NCBI RefSeq assembly: GCF_963921235.1
Contig: NC_086109.1
Span: 11,410,001 to 11,470,000 of the forward strand
DNA: 60,000 nucleotides
Source of the DNA: Mobula hypostoma
Taxonomy: Eukaryota
Reading direction: 5' to 3'
Shown here: one piece after another, positions 47,291 through 59,545 of the stretch
Numbering within the stretch: the first letter of the stretch is position 1
Layout of the letters: each line of letters opens with the position of its first letter
Translations under genes and position numbers: made by a program
Notes under the pieces: model-generated
Database searches by the model: none
What the model saw: only the letters and a program-made list of their open reading frames with translations
Told to the model about the DNA's origin: nothing

Positions 47291-47969
47291 GAAGATGGCG
47301 GCATGACGGCAGCGCGCACGGCCACTTCGGTGGTGATGTCTGTTATCTGTCAAGTAGGGGACTGTGCACAATTCTGATTTGATGGAGACGGACATGAGAG
47401 TACGGAGGAACATCTGGAAAACTTCTGAAATGCCCGCTTCACTGCCGCTGCTACTGTGTGGTAACCGGAATCTCCGGAGCAGAAGGCCCCGAAATCCTCA
47501 GCTTTGCGCATTTCAGTGGCCGTGGCGAGGTTGAAGGCGCTCGGCAGAGTATGGCGCTCAGGAGGCTGTATCGGAGGGGCTGGTTGGAGGCTCGAAGTTT
47601 TCGGACGGACGGACTCAGTGTTGGCTGTGGTCGGCTGCTTCCAAGGCATCGGCAAACTGACGGTGCCTGAAGGTTTATGGCAGGGAGTTTCTCCCTTTTT
47701 CCGCCTGCTATTGGGGACTCAGGAGTCGATCGACTCGGGGACTTTTGAGACTTTATTTACTGTGCCCATGGTTTGTTCTTCATCAAATTATGGTATTGCT
47801 TTGCACTGCTGTAACTATATGTTATAATTATGTGGTTCTGTCAGCGTTAGTCTTTGGTTTGTCCTGTTTTCTGTGATAGCACTCCAGAGAAACATTGTGT
47901 CATTTCTTAATGCATGTATGCATTTCTAAATGACAATAGAAGAGGACTGAGTGTTCTCATAATCTAATC
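47291..47969 (+). mobile_element. Non-autonomous ~680-bp retroposon
   Basis: Homologous to 36598-37245; AAGATGGCGGC head, cataatctaatc tail. Confidence 0.7.
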
Positions 47970-48439
47970 ATTACTAGTGCCTCACAATCTCTTCAGCCAC
48001 CTCTTTCAGAACCCTAGGGTGTACACCATCTGGTCCAGGTGACTTATCTGCCTTCAAACCTTCCAATTTCTCAAGAACCTTCTCCCTAGTAATGGCAACT
48101 TCACACACTTCTGACCTCTGACACTCTTGAACTTACAGCATATTACTAATGTCTTCCACGGTGAAGACTGATGTAAAATACTTATTCAGTTCACCCACTA
48201 TTTCCTTGTCCCCCATTACTACCTCTCCAGCATCGTTTTCCAGTGGTCCAATATCCACTCTCGCCTCTCTTTTACACTTTTGGTTTCCTGTTTAGTATTT
48301 GGCTGCCTTATTTCCATATTCCATCTTTTCCTTCTTAATGATTTTTTAGTTGCTTTCTGTTGGTTTTTAAAAGCTTCCCAATCCTCTAATTTCCCACTAA
48401 TATTTGCTTTATTATATGCCCTCAAAAATGGTGTTTTCC

Positions 48440-48880
48440 TTGGCCTTCATACACCAAAATTAGTGACAGTGGATCATGAAGACCAAGAAGGACTCTGCTT
48501 TAACTGGGACACCCGTTGAGATTCTGGTGCAGGCAAACAGAAAGCAGGCTTGACAATTTTTTGAACTGTTGTTCTCTTCTGATAATTCCATAAACAAACA
48601 TATCAAAATAGATGTCATCTACAAACCTCTAAGAACCAAAGAAATGCGAGCCAATAGAATTCAAAGGTCAACTGAAGGGGTAGCCAATTAGGACTGAGGC
48701 AAGTAAATTGGGGGGGGGGGTGCTATATAAATGCGAGCACTGCCAGAGAGAAATACCAACAACTGCACACTAAGAATATCTCCTTGATTGGTGATGAAAC
48801 ATCTACAAGTTAATTACCAAGCTCAGCAAACACCACAATATCAAAAGCCCCAACTAGAGCTACCAATATTCACCACCATC
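48440..48880 (+). mobile_element. Second Penelope-family 3' end
   Basis: H..EGLCFNWD..NSINKH resembles a GIY-YIG C-terminus; followed by CCAAT/TATA-containing pLTR-like sequence. Confidence 0.5.
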
Positions 48881-48884
48881 CTAA

Positions 48885-50396
48885 ACTGAGCCACTGTCCA
48901 ATTCCATTGTAATTAATTTGCCATTTACTTGTGGCATAAGTCATTTTGCTTGTCTGTTGTTAATTTACACACCTTAAATCTCGAGGCTGCACAGTCCTGT
49001 GTCAGTCTCATCATCAGAATTTTCATCAACGGCATGCAGATGAGTACTCTTTTTGACACTGCAGCTTGTAGTTTTAACTTTTTATCTGGCCTGTGTGGAT
49101 TATTATTGTTGTCTGCCTGACATAGTCTTTGTATGTGTCCTACTTTGTTGCATTTTCTGCAAGTTTCACCTTTAAATTTGCATAGTCTGGTGTATGTGAG
49201 CCCATCTACAATGGTGACACAACTTGTTCGGCCTGGCCGACTTCTGTTTAGATTTTGCAATTTTGTTCACGCTCACTTTCATTCCTGAACGCAACTCAAT
49301 TGCCTCTCTGTCCATTGTTTCGATTGATACAGTGATTTCAACTTCATTTTTAAATGAAAGCTGAGCTTCAGTTAGGAGCTGTTTTTGAATGCTTTCTTGT
49401 AAGATCCCACAAACTAAATGATCTCTCAGTGCATTATTAAGTCCATCAATGAAATGACAATGCTCAGGCAATTTCTTCAATTCAGCCATGTAAGCTGAAA
49501 TGGACTCTCCTTTTTGATCCCACTTATGGAACCTAAATTATTATTGTGTATAGTATTATTCTGTACTTTATTATTATTTCTAAGTGTGTTTTTAAATGTT
49601 GCTGTTGTAACAAAATAATTTCCCACTTGGGATCAATAAAGTACTGATTATTATTAAAACATTCTGTAATCAACAATGGCTTTGGTTCTAAATGTTCCTA
49701 CATTACTTTGACAATATCAGTAAGGCTCATTTCTGCTGGTTTGGGTGGAGCAGTTAAACTTCGAAGTGAACTGTATGCCTTTAAACCAAATGCACTCAGC
49801 AAAACTGGCCCTTGTTTCTCATTGGCTATTTCATTTGCTTTAAAATACTGTTCAGTTAGCACAGTATACATGAACCAGTTATCTTTTGTGCAAGCAAACA
49901 GGCCAATCTTTCCGATGTTGGCAGCCATTTCTGCTTTTTTTAAATGATTATTATCACCCTATACTTACTCTTTACGAACCCGTGAATTCTTCTGTTTATT
50001 GCCTATTTTCTAATGTGATAGTTTCTAAATGTGCTGGACTGTTTTTCACTCACTGTTCCTTGCTGTGTATTTCTTTGAACTCAAAAGTTTCGCTGACATT
50101 TTCTTTGAACTCAAACATCTTATTCTGCTTCAATGGGTCAGTAGTCATCTTGGGATGTTTTGATTTGTAACTTCAAAACATTCATTCAAAGGAGGACATA
50201 GGGGTCCAAAATATGAGTCTAACTTTGCGTTTACTTTAAGCAAAGCACAAGCATTATCATATAGTAACATGATAATGTATGCAATTTATGTAATTTTACA
50301 TACAACTATACTGAATTGTATAAACAACAGAATGCTTAATGAAACAATATATTTACAAGGTTACCCAAAGATTATTGAAATATTACATACACTACA
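48885..50396 (-). mobile_element. Decayed Gypsy 5' part (possible LTR 50166-50396, gag, protease start)
   Basis: EQYFKANEI..LLSAFG, LRDHLVCGI..IQKQLL, CRKCNKVGHIQRLC. Confidence 0.8.
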
Positions 50397-51026
50397 TACA
50401 AGAGAATCAGACATCTAAGAAAGTGCTGATATGCTTCCTAGATCAACACATCAGTTTTGAGGGATCAGGTGATACAGATGCTTAGGGACTTGAAGCTGTC
50501 CCTACATTTCTACAGCAATTTAGTTGATGAGGATGGGTTGTGCTTGCTCACTACTCCCTTGCTTCCTTAGGTCAACAACCAGCTCTTACATTTCCCAACA
50601 CATAGGCAATCCCAGTTTGCTACTGAAGATGACTTTCACCCATAGGGGCATTGTTACTGAACAAGATGGATATTAGTCAGTGATATGTGGACATGGGGAA
50701 CTTGTTTGCTCTCTTGTTTGTCCAATAATTAGTATTTTAGAGGATGAAATTGATGAGATTAGTAAATCCAGGGTGAGGAATTGTTGGAAGATGTTATAAA
50801 AGGTTTCACTTAATAATGTTGATAGATCTGTTGTTAAATTGATCATGGAGAAGGATAAAAGGTCAGCACAACATTGTGGGCTGAAGGGCCTGAATTATGC
50901 TGTACTATTCTATGTTCAAATGGGTGAGTCCTGAAGAAGGGTCTCAGCCCGAACTGTTGACTTTTTATTCATTTCCATAGATGCTGCTTGACCTGCTGAT
51001 TTCCTGCAGCATGTTTGTGTTTTTCT

Positions 51027-51292
51027 GGGCATGGTGGTGGAATGGTTAGTAAAACCCTTTACAGTACCAGTGATCCAGGTTTAATTCCCACCACTATCTG
51101 TAAGGAGTTTGTATGTTCTCCCCACGACCACATGGGTTTTCTTTGGGTGATCCGGTTTCCTCCCACAGTTGGTATGTTAGTTGGTCTTTGTAAATTGTCC
51201 CGTGATAAGGCTAGGGTTAAAGAGGCAGCTGCTGGGCAGCGCAGCCTGAAGGGTCAGAAGAGCCTGTTCCACGCTGTATCTCTGTAAAATAA
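51027..51292 (+). mobile_element. V-SINE inside a Penelope tail (50925-51320)
   Basis: V-domain gtttgtatgttctcccc..tccggtttcctcccac. Confidence 0.75.
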
Positions 51293-51825
51293 AAATTTCC
51301 AGCATCTGCAGAATCTCTTGTGGAACTGAACTGCTGCTATCTACTAGACTATGCAGGGAATGAAATGATAATAGTCATTTATTCTGTCATGCAGGAAGGT
51401 GGAGAACAGAGAAAAAAAAACACAGTGACTATTCCTATTAATGTAGAACCTTTAATGCACCAAGAATATCCCACAGGTTACACATGAGTATTATCAATCA
51501 AAGAGAATGATGAATACACCACTTTCCTGGAGGTACAGTATTTGCATATGAGGGCAGTAGGGCAGATGATGAAAAGCTGGGTGGAAGTCCTAGTTCTTCA
51601 AGACAGAAAGGTAGGGAGATTAATTTTCAGGGTGTGCAAAAGACTAGAATTGGGGGAGGTCAGAGATCTTGGAGGGTTGTAGAGCAGGATGAGCAAAGAG
51701 GTGGGAAAGACTGAGGTTAATGAGGCAAAATAAGGATGGGAACTTTAACTTGTAACACTTGATCAGGAGGCAGTACGCATCAGTGAGGCAGGGTGAGAGG
51801 GGCACGGTGTAGTTAGGATATCTCA

Positions 51826-52300
51826 CACCAAGTGCTGGAGAAACTGAGCAGGTCAGGCAGATTTGAACAATCAATGTTTCAGATTGAGACCCTTTAGTAG
51901 AACTGGAAAGGAAGGAGGTAGAAGCCAGAATAGAAAGGTGGGGATAGGGGGAGGAACACAAACTGGCAGGAAATAGATTAATTCAGATAGATGAATGATG
52001 TGAGAAGCTGGTATCAGCCCTTTGCCCCTTTCACTATTATCTACCAGCTTCTCACATCATTCCCTTTTCTACTCCCTGCTCCATCTCACCCCCTCACCTA
52101 GATTCACCTTTCACCTGCCAGCTTGCGCTTCTATCCCCCTCCCACCCTGTTATTCTGACTTCTGCCCTCTTCCTTTCCAGTCCTGATGAAGGATGTCAGG
52201 TGGAAATGTTTACCGTTTATTCTTTTCCGTCGATGCTGCCTGACCAACAGCAGCTGGAACTCTAAAGCATTTTGCTCTGTAGTTTCAGTGTCTGGAGTCT
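51826..52300. mobile_element. Two oppositely oriented, diverged Penelope tails
   Basis: Minus copy about 51826-52010, plus copy about 52015-52300 containing cagtcctgatgaagg. Confidence 0.65.
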
Positions 52301-52543
52301 TCCTAGTGCAAGTTAGGACATGGTTAACAGAGATGTGGATGACCTCAAATTTTTGGAGTTCAATGAAAGATGAGCAAAGATTAAAGCCCTGGTATATTTT
52401 GGTGTTCACTAGATCTTGTGCAAATTCTCTTTACTTGTTATTCATTAATTAAAAATAACAAAGTTTCTGTAATGCAAATATTTATAAGAATGATCTTAAC
52501 TTAAGACAATATTTCTAGAATACTGAGTGGTGCAGTATTTGCA

Positions 52544-52723
52544 CTAGGATCTAAATAACAGGGCAGAATATTCTACTGATTCTGATGAATGGATCTTGAC
52601 GTCTCCATTTTGTTCTTCCAGATCCTTCATATTGGAATAAATTGTCGAACTTCCTTCGGTCTGAGCAGAAGGCTGAATGGTGACAGCAGAATAGGTAACA
52701 GTATCTTCAGCTTCTTTTTCAAA
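52544..52723 (-). CDS. Terminal coding exon of an ITIM-bearing receptor (cytoplasmic tail)
   Basis: Acceptor tgacttacttattttag, then FEKEAEDTVTYSAVTIQPSAQTEGSSTIYSNMKDLEEQNGDVKIHSSESVEYSALLFRS*; lies in non-repeat DNA. Confidence 0.8.
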   Translation of the reverse strand, partial: FEKEAEDTVTYSAVTIQPSAQTEGSSTIYSNMKDLEEQNGDVKIHSSESVEYSALLFRS

Positions 52724-53126
52724 CTAAAATAAGTAAGTCAATTAGTCATTTAAATGCAAAGGTAAAGTACTCTTGAAATCTGAGATTTGGATAGGGAATA
52801 CAGGAAATGTTCAACCGGTCAGGCAGCAGGTGTGGAGAAAGAAACAGATTCAAAGGGTTGTATTGTTCTTGAGCCAGCCCATGCCTAGTGTTTGGTTTCT
52901 GGTAGATCACTGCAGCCATTTTAAGAATGCGTGGCCACAGGATTCCCAAAACCTTGGAGCAGTCTCCATCTTGGTCTCTCTAAATCCAAGAAGGGCTGCA
53001 CCCTAGGGAGCAGTAAGGAACAGAGGAACCTCAGAATACAAACCCAAAGATCCTTGACGGTGGTAGAAAAAGGTTAATAACATGGTTAAGAATGCATATG
53101 GGACAGCGGCTTTCATTAGTCAGGGG

Positions 53127-53466
53127 CAACCTTCCCTCTAATTTGTAATGACCAGTGTGCACAAAAATCTTGTGCTGTGCTGTTCTTTGCCCAGTAACAA
53201 CAACATGTGAACAGTGTATTATTGATTCAATAATTTCTTCAGTAAAAATACAGTATAATTAAGCCAGCTCTAAAACCAAAAGACAAACCATTGCAAACTC
53301 CCCATTGTCAACACCGTCCACATCAGAAACCGGAAAAGGAAATGTGAATGTGTACGATCGTGAAATATACTTAACATGCCAACGAGGTGGAGGGTGCACA
53401 CAGTCTAACTTCCTTTGTGTGTTGGTAGCAAAAGACGTGTGCGTGCACACTTTAGAGGGAACATTG
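53127..53466. mobile_element. hAT MITE (340 bp) inside a CR1 fragment (about 53010-53607)
   Basis: TIRs CAACCTTCCCTCTAA / CAATGTTCCCTCTAA; perfect 8-bp TSD gtcagggg. Confidence 0.88.
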
Positions 53467-54499
53467 GTCAGGGGCATAAACAAGAGCAGCAAGGTTATGC
53501 TCCATTCTCATAAAACATTGGTCAGATCCCAGCTCAAATACTGTGTGAAGTTCCAGCCAGCAAGGATGACGGTACTGGAGAGAGTGCAGAGGAGATTCAC
53601 CAGGATGTATTGTATTAGTTTATTATTGTCATATGCATCAAGACATAGTGGGAGGCTTGTCTCACATACCATTTATACTGATCAAATCATTACCGAGTGC
53701 CGTGGATGACTGCTGTTCCTCACTGCTTTCTAGGATGTGGCCAGTCATAGATTTAGGGAGACCAAGACAAAGACTGCACCAAGGTGTTTGGAGTCCCGGA
53801 GGCACATGCACTCAAAGTGGCTGCAGTGATCTACCAGATTTGTCGCACTGTGTGATGTACTGAGGCTGTGGGCCTGCTCTGGCTGCCTCGGGCTTCGTGT
53901 CTAAGGGCTCACTTTCATTCTGAATGCTGTTGCTGGCTTCTATTGTTTACGCGATTTGTGTTTTTTCCTCTCTCTCTCTGCACGTTGGGTGCTAGTCCTT
54001 TTTTAATGGGTTCTTCCAGGTTTCTCATTTTGTGGCTGCCTGTAAGAGATGCACCTCAAGGCTGTATAATGTATACCTACTTTGATAGTAAATGTTCTTT
54101 GATCTTTGAAGCAAAACACTTGGTATGAGCTGGATTAATTACAACACAAACCTTTGATCCTGTTTCTGTACATTGAGGTGAACAAGGTAAAACAGGACAT
54201 TGCCTGGGAATGAGAAGTTCATTGGATAATCGAAGAACAGAAACATAGGGCAGTCATAGCATAAGAGGAGGCCATTCTGCCCAACAGGTCCATCCTCGTT
54301 CCTGGCACTGCAATTATATTCCCCCATTATTTCCCCCATAGTCCTGTAAGTAACATTTAGTCAGAGTCATACTTTATTGATCCTGGGGGAAATTGGGGTG
54401 GGGTAGAGGGGGGATGGAGTGGGGCCAAAGATCTAACCAGGAAACTGCAGAGTTGATCCTCTCCTTGCTCACTGTTCACGTACAGTCCTTTTAGCAGAT

Positions 54500-54940
54500 G
54501 ACAGCTTGGAGGAGCAACACCTTGTATTCCGTCTGGATAGTCTCCAATCTGATAGCATGAACATCGATTTCTTCCCCCCTTTCCTCTTCCATTCTTCATT
54601 CTGGCTCCCCTCTTACCCGCTCTCTTCTCTTCACATGCCTTTCACCTCTCCTCTGGTTCTCCTCCTCTATCCCTTCCTTCCATGATCCACTCTCCTCTCA
54701 TCAGATTCCTTCTTCCTCAGTCCTTTACCCTTTCCACTTATCACCTCCCAGCTTCTCCCTTCATCCTCCCTTCCCCACCCACTTACCTTCCTAGCTTCAC
54801 TTATCACCTGCGAGCTTGAACTCCTCCCCCTCCCCCCAACCTTCATATTTTGGCTTCTTCCCCCTTCTGTTCAAGTCACGGTGAAGGACCTCAGTGATAT
54901 ATTCCTCTCCATAGATGCTGCCTGACCTGCTGAGTTCCAA
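54500..54940 (+). mobile_element. Penelope 3' fragment
   Basis: LEEQHLVFRLD.LQSDSMNIDF followed by pyrimidine-rich tail. Confidence 0.75.
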
Positions 54941-54941
54941 C

Positions 54942-56085
54942 AATAGACAATAGGTGCAGGAGTAGGCCATTCAGCCCTTCGAGCCAGCACCGGCATTCAC
55001 TGTGATCATGGCTGATCATCCACAATCAGTATCCAGTTCCTGCCTTATCCCCATAACCTTTGATTCCGCTATCTTTAAGAGCTCTATCCATCTCTTTCTT
55101 GAAAGCATCCAGAGACTTGGCCTCCACAGCCTTCTGGGGCAGAGCATTCCATATATCCACCACTCTCTGGGTGAAAAAGGTTTTCCTCAACTCCGTTCTA
55201 AATGGCCTACCCCTAATTCTTAAACTGTGGCCACTGATTCTGGACTCACCCATCAGCGGGAACATGCTTCCTGCATCCAGCGTGCCCAATCCCTTAATAA
55301 TCTTATATGTTCCAATAAGATCCCCTCTCAGCCTTCTAAATTCCAGAGTATACAAGCCCAGTCGCTCTAATCTATCGACATATGACCGTCCCACCATCCA
55401 GGGAATTAACCTTGTGAACCTACGCTGCACTCCCTCAATAGCAAGAATGTCCTTCCTCAAATTTGGAGACCAAAACTGCACACAGCACTCCAGGTATGGT
55501 CTCACCAGGGCCCTGTACAGCTACGGAAGGACCTCTTTGCTCTTATACTCAATTCCCCTGAAGGCCAGCATGCCATTAGCTTTCTTCATTGCCTGCTGTA
55601 CTTGCATGCTTGCTTTCAGTGACTGATGTACAAGAGCACCTAGATCTCATTGTGCTTCCCCTTTTCCTAACTTGACTCCATTTAAATAATAATCTGCCTT
55701 CCCGTTCTTACCACCAAAGTGGATAACCTCACATTTATCCATATTAAACTGCATCTGCCCACTCACCCAGCCTGTCCAAGTCACCCTGCATTCTCATAAC
55801 ATCCTCCTCACATTTCACACTGCCACCCAGCTTTGTGTCATCGGCAAATTTGCTAATGTTACTGTTAATTCCCTCATCTAAATCACTAATATATATTGTA
55901 AACAGCTGCGGTCCCAGCACTGAACCCTGCGGTACCCCACTGGTCACCGCCTGCCATTCCGAAAGGGAGCCGTTAATCACTACTCTTTGTTTTCTGTCAG
56001 CCAGCCAATTTTCAATCCTTGTCAGTACTCTGCCAATACCATGTGCCCTAATTTTGCCCACTAATCTCCTATGTGGGACTTCATC
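54942..56085 (-). mobile_element. CR1 3' fragment
   Basis: [28 protein letters not shown]. Confidence 0.92.
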
Positions 56086-56278
56086 AACATTTCGTGTGTG
56101 ATATCTACCCAATAAAATGTCTTTTCAAAATTATATTCCCATCCGAGGGAAATGGTGCAGGAATAGTTGAAGCAATTACTTTGGAGTGTTTTTAATTTGT
56201 TAAAGAAATTATGTATCGTGCTAAGAATTCAAAAAGAGCAGCAATATACCATAATTTCATATTACTCTGCATTCTCAC

Positions 56279-56316
56279 CTTGGCTGTAGTAGAAGTTTCT
56301 GGGGTCCTGTTAGTAT
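56279..56316 (-). CDS. 38-bp internal exon of the ITIM receptor gene
   Basis: ttttttttcttttgcag acceptor and AAG|gtgaga donor; encodes xTNRTPETSTTAK and ends in phase 0, matching the terminal exon. Confidence 0.7.
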
Positions 56317-56413
56317 CTGCAAAAGAAAAAAAAATCTAAAAATACCATTTAACAAGAAAGAAAATGTTCTCATATTTCCACCAACCCTCTGTAGCAGGTT
56401 TGCTCCACTTTAC

Positions 56414-56494
56414 TTCTACTTTTATGAGCTTTATGTAGGTCAGCAGAAAGAGTCATTGGCTGCAACCTAGCATCACTGCTGGACTTGTTTGTGT
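56414..56494 (-). CDS. Possible 81-bp upstream exon
   Basis: Good acceptor cacttctttgtcctag; open phase-1 frame (TNKSSSDARLQPMTLSADLHKAHKSR); weak donor gtaaag. Confidence 0.3.
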
Positions 56495-56949
56495 CTAGGA
56501 CAAAGAAGTGGGCAGGAAGAAAAAGTCATTGCAGGCACTACCCACCCTACACGCCACCTTTTCCAAAAGCTCCCTTTTCTGGAAAGTGCTATACAGCTAT
56601 TGAAACAAAACCTTTACTCCATCTTATAAGTTTATCCTCCCAGTTAGTTAACTGGACCAACCATTCTACTCAGCACCCCTCACCATTCTCTATCAATTCT
56701 GCCCTGCCCCCACCTGAACCCAAACTAAAATGGTATTTTTGTAGTGTAAATACAGAACATACTGGTATTCATGCAAATTTATTCCATATCTCCAACTTTG
56801 TTTTTAGATAAGTGTTTATAGTTTGTAATTTTTGAATATAGTTTTTGTTGTTGCACCAGCCAACACAGCAAATTCCTAATCCATGTACATGTATGTGGCG
56901 AATAAAGTCGATTCTCAAGGTGCATTGAAACATCAAGGCATACAGAGAA

Positions 56950-57820
56950 ATACACACAAAAAGCTGGAGGAATCAGATAGGAAAGGAGTGTGGACCTTGG
57001 GAGAAAGGGAAGAAGGAGGGGCACCAGGGGGAGGTGATAGGCGGGTGAGGAGAAGAGGTAAGAGGCCAGCATGGGGAATAGAAGAAAAGGGAAGGGGGGG
57101 GGAAGAAAAAATTACCAGAAGGGGAAATTGACGTTCATGTCATCAGGTTAGAAAGTACCCAGATGGAATATAAGGGATTGTTCCTCCACCCTGAGGGTGG
57201 CCTCATCGTGGCACATGAGGAGAACATGGACTGATGTTTCGGAAAGGGAATGGGGATGGGGATGGGAATTAAATTGGTTGGCCTCTGGGAAATTCCACTT
57301 TGGCAGATAGAGCAGAGGTGTTTGACAAAGAGGTCCCCTCCCCCAATTTGCACCAGTGTAGAGGAGGCCACATTGGGAGCACCGGATACAATAGATTCGA
57401 AATGTTGCCTCATCTGGAGGGATGTTTGCGGCTCTGAATGGAGGTAAGGGAGGAGGTGAATAGGCAGGTGTAGCATTTCTGTTGCTTGCCAGGAGAAAGA
57501 CTAGTGGGGAATCATGGAAGGAGCAATCTCTGTTGAAAGCGTAGAGCGATGGGGAGGTAAAGATGTATTTGGTGGTAGGATACCAGTGAAGATGGCAGAA
57601 GTTGTGGAGAATGATGTGTTGAATGCCAAGATTCATGGGGTGGTAGGTGAGGACAAAATGAATTCCATCACTGTTAAGGCGGCGGGAAAATGGTGTGAGT
57701 GTGGAAGTCTGAAAAATGGAGGGGATGTGGGCGAGGGCTGCATCAATGGTGGAGGAAGGGAAACCTCCTTGAAGAAAGAGGACATCTCTGATGCCCTGGA
57801 AAGGAGAGCCTCATCCTGCT
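56950..57820 (-). mobile_element. Penelope fragment with GIY-YIG endonuclease remnant
   Basis: IYCIRCSQCGLLYTG ... EEQSLIFHLGT in ORF 57148..57636. Confidence 0.82.
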
Positions 57821-58289
57821 AGACAGAGAAAGAGGAATAGCATTTTTTACAGTAGAAACTTTGAAATGGGAATAACATTCTGCTCTGTTTGTATCAATGA
57901 CCAACACAGTCCAAGGACGTGCTGGGCCAGCCCACATTTTGAAGCGCTAGTCAAAGTAATTGCTTTAGTTTCTCACTTTTCTGCTTTCCTGCTCAACCAC
58001 ACACAATGACTCAAACTTACTACAGGAAGCTGCAGCTGCTGCTTGCTACTTTCTTGTCTTATGATAGGAAAACCACTTCCCATCAAGTGTAGCACAACAC
58101 TGAGCGGATTCCGGTAGATATGGTTTTGAAACCCATCACTGAAACTTCAACAACAAACTAGGCTGACATGCCTGTACACCACCAAACGAGAACTCCAGTG
58201 AAGGAAGTGGTAATTTTTGGATGACACAATAAACTGAAGCTTTATTTGATTTTGTAATTTTCCATACAAGGGTCATTGGCAATATATCA

Positions 58290-58760
58290 AAGTTCAAGGT
58301 AAATATGTCAAATCATTTTCTTGCGGGCACGCTCAATAAATCCAACAATCATAATAGAATCAATAAAAAGACCATACCAACAGGGCAGACAACCAATGTG
58401 CAAACGACAAGCTATGCAAGCACAAAAGAAAATTAATAATAATAATAATAATAAATAAATAAGAAATAAATATCAAGATTATGAGATGAAGAGTCCTTAA
58501 AAGTGAGTCCATAGGGTGTGTGAACAGTTCAGTGATGGGGCGAGTGAAGTTATCCCCCTTTGGTTCAAGTGCCTGATGATTGAGGGTTGATAGCTGTTCT
58601 TGAACCTGGTGGGCTGAGCCCGAAGGCCCTTGTACTTTCTTCTGATGGCAGCAGTGTTAAGAGAGCATGACCTGGGTGTTGGGGGTCCCTGATGATGAAT
58701 GCTGTTTTCCCGCGACAATGCTCCATGTAGATGTGCTGAGTGGAGGGGAGACGTCTAGGT
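58290..58760 (-). mobile_element. Rex1/Babar-like LINE 3' fragment
   Basis: LPSTQHIYMEHC..IIRDPQHPGHALLTLLPS, TRFKNSY.P. Confidence 0.75.
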
Positions 58761-58984
58761 GCAACTTCATGCGTCCCAGCCAATATTTAGCCTTCCGCCA
58801 TTGGCCTCTTAACATACTGTGCACGTTTTCTGTACCAATGTTGGCTGCTGTGAATCCAAGATCCATCGCACCTTTCAGGTGCAGCCTTAGGATCACGATA
58901 GCCAGCATCTGCCTCAAGAAAACAACTGTGTGCCAATTTTTGAGAAGCAGGGAGGTATCAAAATCAGCATCAGGTTTATTATTC

Positions 58985-59545
58985 TATCCACGGCCTCCTC
59001 TACTGTAAAGATGAAGCCACACTCAGGTTGGAGGAACAACACCTTATATTCCGTCTGGGTAGCCTCCAACCTGATGACATGATCATTGACTTCTCTAACT
59101 TCCATTTATGCCCCACCTCCCCCTTGTACCCCATCCGTTATTTATTTATTTATATACACACTTCCTTTTTCTCTCTCTCCTTTTTCTCTCTGTCCCTCTC
59201 ACTATACCCCTTGCTCATCCTCTGGGTTTCCCCCCCTTCCCGCTTTTCTTTCTCCCTCAGCCTCCTGTCCCATGATCCTCTCATATCCCCTTTGCCAATC
59301 ACCTGCCCAGCTCTTGGCTCCATCCCTCCCCCTCCTGTCTTCTCCTATCATTTCAGATCTCCCCCTCGCCCTCCCACTTTCAAATCTCTTACTAGCTCTT
59401 CCTTCAGTTAGTCCCGACGAAGGGTCTCGGCCCGAAACGTCGACTGTACCTCTTCCTAGAGATGCTGCCTGGCCTGCTGCGTTCACCAGCAACTTTGATG
59501 TGTGTTGCTTGAAATTCCAGCATCTGCAGATTTCCTCGTGTTTGT
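58985..59545 (+). mobile_element. Penelope 3' end with hammerhead motif
   Basis: EEQHLIFRLGSLQPDDMIIDFSNF, pyrimidine-rich pLTR, conserved tail. Confidence 0.85.
59410..59445 (+). ncRNA. Minimal type I hammerhead ribozyme motif (U4C variant)
   Basis: AGTC-CCGACGA-A-GGG-tctcgg-CCC-GAAA-C-GTC-GACT: stem I AGTC/GACT, stem II GGG/CCC, loopless palindromic stem III. Confidence 0.65.

Larger units (their letters stand above)
41960..48422 (-). mobile_element. Older CR1 fragment (41960-43000 and 47970-48422) split by later insertions
   Basis: RT motifs on minus ([17 protein letters not shown]); the two pieces are collinear. Confidence 0.85.

Noticed and set aside
52622..52694. Plus-strand AG...GT candidate exon (ILHIGINCRTSF...)
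   Set aside because: Overlaps the better supported minus-strand ITIM exon; the peptide is uninformative
58015..58140. Minus-strand gtaagt donor as a possible TM exon of the receptor
   Set aside because: The phase-compatible frame has a stop and no frame gives a transmembrane helix
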